A stretch of DNA of 64,000 nt, taken from positions 5,949 through 69,948 of the forward strand of contig DATFYM010000002.1 in the NCBI GenBank assembly GCA_035315065.1. The letters are read 5' to 3'. Origin of the DNA: Terriglobia bacterium (GTDB taxonomy: Bacteria; Acidobacteriota; Terriglobia; UBA7540). The stretch's first letter is position 1. The number at the start of each line of letters is the position of its first letter. Below, piece after piece: positions 55,082 to 61,784 of the stretch. The notes under the pieces are model-generated. The model was given only the letters and a program-made list of their open reading frames with translations. It was not told the DNA's origin and searched no databases. Made by a program: the position numbers and the translations under genes.

Positions 55082-57931
55082 TCATTGCGACACGCGATGC
55101 TTAGTGAGGGTGGGCGATTGATCACCTCCGTCCACATAGAGGCTATCATCGTGAATGAAGAAAGTCAAACGCTTGCCCGTAGTGAGCCCCCTTTGCTCGT
55201 CGTACACGATGGGTGGACCTCCCGTCAGCGTCACTTTACCCGTTGCCGCTAGATATTCGACGTGATCTCCCGTAGCCCGCCGCCCGGGCTCCTCCACGGT
55301 GACGTGCTCATCCGCCAGCACGTGATCGACCTCCGAACCCTCGTTCCCGGGCCCACTCTTCCCGCCGGCGGTCTTTGTAAAATAAACGTCCATCTTGTCA
55401 GCCTTCAAAGTCGTCTGCTCGGTCCGAAGCTCCACATGACCCCGGTAACTGGCCTTTTGGTCCTCGTCGAAATAGGTCAAACTGTCGGCGCGGATCGCGA
55501 CCGGCGCTGTCTTCGAGACCACCCGATCCTTGGATGCAACCGAAGCGGCTGGCGACGCTCGGGAGGCGGGTGGCGACGACGACCGAGCTAGACTCGACGT
55601 CAGCACTTGGCTCCCCGAGTTGAGCCGGCGCGTAACCCCGTCGTAGTCCAGGGAGGAGGACTCGATGAGATCGTGGTCGTGCCACGCCCTCACGTGACCC
55701 TGATAGTGAACCAACTGGCTGCGCCGCTCCACAACGACCTGGTCCGCCAGCACGTTGGTGGCGCTGGCGAGAGCGCTGGCGCTGGCGACCGGGGGGCCGG
55801 CGACGCCGGCATTTCCCTTAGTCGGCTGCCCCTTCTCGGTGATCGGTGCCGGGCTTTGGAAATGGGTTGATTGGACCTTGCCCAGCCCTTCGCCAGTCTC
55901 GGTATCCAGGTGCCACAAGATCCGATCGGCAGCCATGCGGGTTGCGGCGTCCCAGAGCCGAGGCTGGCCGCTCAACGTCAAAACCTGAGACTCCGCAGAG
56001 TACTGTGCCTTGGCCGCAGAACTCTCACGCTCGCCGTTGCTATAGCGGAAATTGCCCGATTGTTCCAAGCTGCGGAGATCGCCGCTGGAAGCGTCAAAGA
56101 CGGCAGCCAAGCGGTCGGAAAAGCTCTCCTCAATCACCAAGGGCGCCAACGGCGCCGGCGGCCGCGGTGGCGCGCCGGCTGGAGACCGCCCGACGCCGGG
56201 CGCGGGGCTGGGCGTGTAGACAATGTGGGTTCCTTTGATCCCATCGAGAGTTCGCAACCGGTTTTGTTCATTGAAGGCCATGAGAAACTGGCCGGCGGTG
56301 ATCACCTGCTCGCCCCGCTTGGCATCCTCGGAGTTCAGCACGAGTTTGCCGGCCCCGACTGTCTGCGCCTCTCTCAGGCTGCGGCCGTCGGGTCTAAAGC
56401 CGAAGAGCATCTCGGACGCCGTCAAGGTCTCCGTCTTCACCGGCGGTCGTGCAGCAGCGGGAGGCGGAAGGCGGTGGGCAGGAGGCAGAAGGCAGAAGGC
56501 AGAAGGCAGAAGGCCGCTGCCAACCGCTTCTTGCTGACCGCTCTCTACCCTCTGCTGGCTGCCAACTGTCGGCTGCCAACTGACTTCTGCCGAAAGCTGA
56601 CTGCTTTCTGCCCTCTGCCGACTGCCAACTGCCGACTGCCGACTGCCGACCGCCTCGTCACTGGCCACAGACCTGAATATGAACCTGACGTTCCCGGAGG
56701 CGTCCGCTTTCGCGGGCTCGGGATGATGTCCGGCCGAGAAGATAACGTCGAGTTGCTGTGCCTCAAAATCGCTCGGCTCGCCCGGCCGTCCCTGGGGCAG
56801 TGACTCGCCCTCGACGCCGTCCTCTGCAACCAAATGACGAATCTCGGCGGTGGCCGGATTAAAGTCCGCCACCAGGCGGGGCGTTCTGCCGGTGAGCACG
56901 CTGGACGTTGAATCGCTCGAGAAATGAACGTCGCCTTCCAGGATAGCCTGCGTCGGGCGATTCTGGCCGTCCAGAAGAACCGTTCCGCCGGCGCCCGCCA
57001 ACTTCCACCCACTCTGGCTGAGCTCGACGGGGCCATCCAGCGTCAAGTCGTTGGATTCCTTCTTGTAAAGCAAATGGCTGGCAACCAATCGGGTGATCCC
57101 GGGTTCAGCCACGGCATTCGTAGCGCCGGGCTTTAGCCCGGCATCTTCAGCAGCACTTTCGGTGGCTGCCGGCCTTAGTCCGGCATGTGCCGCCCCTTCG
57201 CTGCGCTCAGGGCGGGCTCTAAAGGGCGTCGCTACAGGTGTAGTCTCCGTGCGGAGGTCCATCGCCACGTCTTTCTTCAGCTCCAGCCAGCCATCGCGGG
57301 TGGCATAGGTCATGCCCACCGCCGAGCCAGACGCCGGACCAATGCGAAACCGTACCGGCGCGTCCGTTATCGCCAAAGACTTCTCCTGATCGAAGTGAAC
57401 TCCCGAGGTCTCAAGGAACACCGGTTGTTGCCCGTGCAGGCTTCTCCCTGGCAAAAGACCTGGCCGGGCGTTCAGTTCAATCTCCACCTTGCCCGGGCTG
57501 GTGAAATCGCCGGAATGCGAGCTGTATTCGGCGCGCTGGGTGCGAAGCGTGTCATGACGAGTACCGGTCTTCCCGTAGATTTCCACATACACTTGTTCGA
57601 GGACGCTCGCCCCACCCGCGTTGAGGGCTTGCGTACGCGCCGCCTGGATCTTGAAGACCTGCCGGCCTCCGATTGAGCGGGTGAAGGTGAAACCGGAAGC
57701 CTGCTGGTCGACATTACTTGGTAACTCTACCGACGCGGGAGGCTTGCTTTCCGGGCGCGCCTTCTTCGCGATGTAGACCGCAACGATTGTCACGATGGTG
57801 ACAGCCAGCGCACCCAACACCATCAGGGTGATCCAGCGTTTGCGGCGCTGGGCCGCCGGGCCGATGACTGGTCTTCCCGAGTTGACTGTCGCGCCTTCCG
57901 TCGAGAGGGCCGCTTTATCCATTGAGGACAT
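55082..57931 (-). CDS. 949-aa LptC/LptA (OstA)-like periplasmic bridge protein with N-terminal TM anchor and repeat-derived inserts
   Basis: Occupies the lptC-lptA slot upstream of lptB. Single TM WITLMVLGALAVTIVTIVAVYI. Family assignment rests mainly on synteny and OstA-like beta-rich segments. Confidence 0.6.
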   Translation of the reverse strand: MSSMDKAALSTEGATVNSGRPVIGPAAQRRKRWITLMVLGALAVTIVTIVAVYIAKKARPESKPPASVELPSNVDQQASGFTFTRSIGGRQVFKIQAARTQALNAGGASVLEQVYVEIYGKTGTRHDTLRTQRAEYSSHSGDFTSPGKVEIELNARPGLLPGRSLHGQQPVFLETSGVHFDQEKSLAITDAPVRFRIGPASGSAVGMTYATRDGWLELKKDVAMDLRTETTPVATPFRARPERSEGAAHAGLRPAATESAAEDAGLKPGATNAVAEPGITRLVASHLLYKKESNDLTLDGPVELSQSGWKLAGAGGTVLLDGQNRPTQAILEGDVHFSSDSTSSVLTGRTPRLVADFNPATAEIRHLVAEDGVEGESLPQGRPGEPSDFEAQQLDVIFSAGHHPEPAKADASGNVRFIFRSVASDEAVGSRQSAVGSRQRAESSQLSAEVSWQPTVGSQQRVESGQQEAVGSGLLPSAFCLLPPAHRLPPPAAARPPVKTETLTASEMLFGFRPDGRSLREAQTVGAGKLVLNSEDAKRGEQVITAGQFLMAFNEQNRLRTLDGIKGTHIVYTPSPAPGVGRSPAGAPPRPPAPLAPLVIEESFSDRLAAVFDASSGDLRSLEQSGNFRYSNGERESSAAKAQYSAESQVLTLSGQPRLWDAATRMAADRILWHLDTETGEGLGKVQSTHFQSPAPITEKGQPTKGNAGVAGPPVASASALASATNVLADQVVVERRSQLVHYQGHVRAWHDHDLIESSSLDYDGVTRRLNSGSQVLTSSLARSSSPPASRASPAASVASKDRVVSKTAPVAIRADSLTYFDEDQKASYRGHVELRTEQTTLKADKMDVYFTKTAGGKSGPGNEGSEVDHVLADEHVTVEEPGRRATGDHVEYLAATGKVTLTGGPPIVYDEQRGLTTGKRLTFFIHDDSLYVDGGDQSPTLTKHRVSQ
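56478..56650. repeat. Word-periodic palindrome-like element (GGCAGAA / CTGCCGA words) embedded in frame in the 949-aa Lpt-like ORF
   Basis: GCAGGAGGCAGAAGGCAGAAGGCAGAAGGCAGAAGGCC ... CTGCCCTCTGCCGACTGCCAACTGCCGACTGCCGACTGCCG. The same words occur intergenically at 6110-6145 and 12985-13020. Confidence 0.8.
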
Positions 57932-57941
57932 CCGTGATTCA

Positions 57942-58012
57942 GAGCAGTCGAAGAGTCGAAGGTTGAAGGTCGAAAAGCTGAAGAGCCCTACTCTTCAACA
58001 TTCGACTTCTTC
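57942..58012. repeat. Word-periodic palindrome, AGTCGAAG class, between recJ and the Lpt-like ORF
   Basis: GAGCAGTCGAAGAGTCGAAGGTTGAAGGTCGAAAAGCTGAAGAG / CTCTTCAACATTCGACTTCTTC. Confidence 0.85.
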
Positions 58013-59830
58013 TTACTGCACTCGAAAGTCCTTGAGCACGAGTTGTAGCGACGCCAGCCCCTGGTAGACATTCTCGTCCAGGGTGAATGCCGCCGCAAGC
58101 TCGTGCCCCTCCGTCAATCCCGCCAAGGCGGGACCTTGATCCGCTAAGCCCCACCCCAGAGCATCGAACGAGTTCGATCCGACCGCACTGGCAGCGCCGG
58201 CCGGTCTGGTTGCACTGGCCGCACTGCCCCCACTATATTGAGCCAGTCTTAGTTTTAGATGCCGTTCTTTGAGGATGCGGGGCGGCGAAACCAGCCGGAG
58301 TCCGTCGGCCACGAAGACCGGCGTCGGATTGCCGAAGCCGTAGGGTTCGAGCAGGTTGAGGGCGGCATACAGATCGCGATTGAGATCGGCGAAGCTCACC
58401 CGGGCATCGACGCGCTGGGTCGGCTCAAGATCCTCGGGCGAGAGGACGGCACGAGCGTGACTTTCCAGGGCGGCCTCAAGCTCGGGAATGCGGTCGGCGG
58501 CCAGAGTGAAGCCGGCGGCCTGAGCGTGCCCGCCGTAACGCTGAAGCAGCCGGTCGGCGCTGGCGAGGGCATCGAGCAGGTGGAACCCCCGAATCGACCT
58601 CCCGGACCCCTGGCCGACCCCGTTCTCGACGCCGATCACCACCGCCGGCCGGTTGGTGCGCTCGACCACGCGCTGCGCCACGATTCCGATGACGCCGCGA
58701 TGCCAACCCTCTCCCGCGAACACCATGAAGTAACGCGAGGCCCTCTCCGGCTCCTGCTCCAGGCGCGCCAGAATCTCTTTAACGATGTGCTCTTCCACTT
58801 GCTGACGCTCGGTGTTCAGGCGGTCGAGCCGCTCGGCAATGGCGCAGGCTTTCGCCGCGTCCGGCGTGGTGAAGAGTTCGATCACGTCGCGCGCGTCCTC
58901 CATGCGTCCGGCGGCATTGAGGCGCGGCGCGATTCGGAACCCGACGTCGCCCGCCGTCACGGGCCGGTTGCCGAGGCCGGAGACCTCCAGCAGTGCCCGC
59001 AGGCCGGGATGGGCCCGCCTGGCGGGGTCCGAAAGGCTTGCGAGCCCCAACCGGGTGATGACGCGGTTCTCACCCACCAGCGGCACTACGTCAGCAATGG
59101 TGCCGATGGCGACGATCTTGAGATAGGACTCGAGAAGGCGCGGCGAGGGCCCCGCTCCTGCCTGTTCCCTGTTCCCTGTTCCCTGCTCCCTCAAGAGCGC
59201 CTGCGCCAGCTTGAACGCCACTCCCACGCCGGCGAGGTTTTTCTCCGGATACGCGCAGTCGGGACGCTTCGGATTCAGGATGGCGCACGCCGGAGGCAGG
59301 CGGCTAGCCCCGCCTGGGCCCGGCAAGTGGTGATCGGTGACGATGCAGTCGACACCCAGGTCGCGGGCGCGGGCGATCACCTCGTGCTCGCGGATGCCCG
59401 TATCAACGCTCAGCACCACGCGGTAACCGTCGGCGGCCGCTCGCTCCACCACCGGCACCCGCATGCCGTAGCCGTCGGTCAGCCGGTGGGGAACGTAGGT
59501 GTCGACGCTCGCGCCCATCGACCGCAGCACGGTGAGCAGCACCACCACCGACATGGTGCCGTCGACGTCATAGTCGCCGTAGATCAGGATCTTCTCGTGC
59601 GCCGCCACGGCTCGCCGCAGCCGCTCCACCGCCTTGCCCATGTCGGCCATGCGGAAGGGATCGTGGAGGTGGTCCAGGCGCGGATGGAGGAAGCGATCGG
59701 CAGCCGCGGGATCCTCCAATCCGCGCGCCGCCAGCAAGCCGGCCACCAGCGGCGGAATGGCTAGTTCTCTAGTTAACCGGGCCGCCGCTCCCGCCCGCGC
59801 GGGGTCGGCTTGGGGAAGCAGCCAGCGCAT
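58013..59830 (-). CDS. recJ: Single-stranded-DNA-specific exonuclease RecJ
   Basis: DHH motifs DYDVDGTMS and VTDHHLPG, plus GGHAQAAG. Start trimmed to MRWLLPQADP. Confidence 0.9.
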   Translation of the reverse strand: MRWLLPQADPARAGAAARLTRELAIPPLVAGLLAARGLEDPAAADRFLHPRLDHLHDPFRMADMGKAVERLRRAVAAHEKILIYGDYDVDGTMSVVVLLTVLRSMGASVDTYVPHRLTDGYGMRVPVVERAAADGYRVVLSVDTGIREHEVIARARDLGVDCIVTDHHLPGPGGASRLPPACAILNPKRPDCAYPEKNLAGVGVAFKLAQALLREQGTGNREQAGAGPSPRLLESYLKIVAIGTIADVVPLVGENRVITRLGLASLSDPARRAHPGLRALLEVSGLGNRPVTAGDVGFRIAPRLNAAGRMEDARDVIELFTTPDAAKACAIAERLDRLNTERQQVEEHIVKEILARLEQEPERASRYFMVFAGEGWHRGVIGIVAQRVVERTNRPAVVIGVENGVGQGSGRSIRGFHLLDALASADRLLQRYGGHAQAAGFTLAADRIPELEAALESHARAVLSPEDLEPTQRVDARVSFADLNRDLYAALNLLEPYGFGNPTPVFVADGLRLVSPPRILKERHLKLRLAQYSGGSAASATRPAGAASAVGSNSFDALGWGLADQGPALAGLTEGHELAAAFTLDENVYQGLASLQLVLKDFRVQ

Positions 59831-59868
59831 GTGTTCATTGTATCGCGAGCGAGGCCCCAGCAGGTCAG

Positions 59869-59933
59869 AAGAATTGACGATTGACGATTGCAAGACAAGA
59901 AATGAATCCGCACATTTCGCAGATTACACAGAT
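59869..59933. repeat. Two adjacent half-arrays (ATTGACG class, CACAGATTACGCAGAT class) upstream of recJ
   Basis: GAAGAATTGACGATTGACGATTGCAAG and GAATCCGCACATTTCGCAGATTACACAGAT. Only a weak partner lies near 60030-60058. Confidence 0.7.
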
Positions 59934-60918
59934 AGTGGATAATAAGACGTACGGCGTGCTTTTCCTTCCTATCTTGAGGCTGCAAAGTCAGCCTGATCGG
60001 TTGAATCTATTTCTTCTCTTGCCATCGTCGATCGTCGACCTGCAATCGGCAATTACTCTCTCCGTTTTGCGCTTGACTACCAAAAGCCAGCAACCCCCTC
60101 TTGTCTAACCACCTTCTGTTTCATAGAGACAGTGGATCATTCACTAGATCCTCCAGGTGTTCAGTCACCGAAAACTGATGACCCAAAACTGCTAATCACT
60201 TATTTTCAATCACATGGCGGCTTCACGCTGAATAAGCGTCTTGTTTTCATAGATATACTGGCCTTTTGGGTTCGGTCCTGAAAACCTAAGCCAAGATCTA
60301 CTTTGTTTTCAATACAAATTGGGTTCGGTCCTTGCATTTTCGATAGATAACCCGACTCTCAGACTGCCATCGGCGGCAAACTCCGACCTTCCCCTGCCCG
60401 CCGCCATCCGAGGTCATGCTTATGAGTATCCGCCCCTTTCCAACGCGAATCGGCAACCGAGAGAGTGGGAGGGCCGCCGCATCATAATTCATTGAATCTA
60501 TGCAAGATCTCTGTTTCCTTCCGGTCTCGCCCGATTCTCTCCCAGCAGCAGTTGGCCCGCACGGACTCCTCCGGCTCGCCCATCAGCTTGCTGGCCGCCC
60601 GCTGTTTTCTGCCCTCCTGCGGATTGGGATGGCACTTGGCTGGCGACGCTTCCGAACAACGGATTCCTATTTGCAAACGATCCTGTCACCTCTTGCCTTC
60701 GACTTTCGGTGCTCGCCGGTATGTTCGGGCGGCCTATTAGCCTTATTGGAATACCCCATGAGTAATAGACTCCTGCGTGCGAACCGATGTGGCCGAACCA
60801 TATAGGACGAGCTTACCGCAGGATTATAGGAAAGTCAACTCCCCTTTTTATACGATAGTCTTCCAAGTGAGGTTTCGCCCAACTTGGTGTAAACTGGCCC
60901 CCGGGCACCGACGACATC

Positions 60919-61707
60919 ATGACAGAGACTTCGACCTCTCAAACCTACAAGCTGCTCGCGCGGTACTACGACGATTTTTTCACCTTTCACTTGGAATGGT
61001 ACCGCCAAGCCCGGCGACGGTTGCTGAGTGAGATCCTTCCGCAGGTACGCGCGGCCTGCGACCTCGCTTGCGGCACCGGAACCACGGCACTGGAGTTGGC
61101 GCAGCCTGGGATCAAGGTCTTTGGCGTCGATCTCTCGCCTACCATGTGCCGCCTCGCGCGCAGCAAGGTGCGCCGCGCGAGTCGGGAAGGTCGAGATGGC
61201 GCCGATGTCACCATCATCCCCGGCGACATGCGGACGTTTCGGCTTCCGGAGCGCGTCGATCTCATCACCTGCGAATTCGACGCCTTGAATCACGTACCGC
61301 GCAAGTCCGACTTGGCGCGAGTGGCCGGCGCCGTCGCGCGGGCATTGCGTCCAGGCGGAACCTTCTATTTCGACGTCAACAACCGCCTCGCCTTCCAAAC
61401 GATCTGGCCTGGGAACGCCTGGTTCGAAAAACCCGGGGTGGTGATGGTGATGCGGGGCGCTTATGACGAGCGTCGCGACAAGGGCCGGACCGATGCCGAG
61501 TGGTTCATTCGCGAGAAGGGCGGCTGGCGGCGATTTCACGAGCGCGTCGAGGAAGTAGCCTGGGCGCGGGCAGAGGTCCTTCAGACCTTACGCGCAACGG
61601 GCTTCCACCGCATTCGCGCCTACGACGCGAACGCCTTCTTCCACGGCAATCCTCGGTTTCACCCCGGTTGCCGCACGTTCTATGTGGCCCAAAGGCAAGT
61701 CGCCTAG
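60919..61707 (+). CDS. Class I SAM-dependent methyltransferase
   Basis: DLACGTGTTALELA motif I. 262 aa. Confidence 0.8.
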   Translation: MTETSTSQTYKLLARYYDDFFTFHLEWYRQARRRLLSEILPQVRAACDLACGTGTTALELAQPGIKVFGVDLSPTMCRLARSKVRRASREGRDGADVTIIPGDMRTFRLPERVDLITCEFDALNHVPRKSDLARVAGAVARALRPGGTFYFDVNNRLAFQTIWPGNAWFEKPGVVMVMRGAYDERRDKGRTDAEWFIREKGGWRRFHERVEEVAWARAEVLQTLRATGFHRIRAYDANAFFHGNPRFHPGCRTFYVAQRQVA

Positions 61708-61784
61708 TGGCAAGATATCGCCAACTGAGTGCAGCGTTGGGAAGCCCGCAATCGGTGCTACGCCTCACATAAATGATACTGTTC

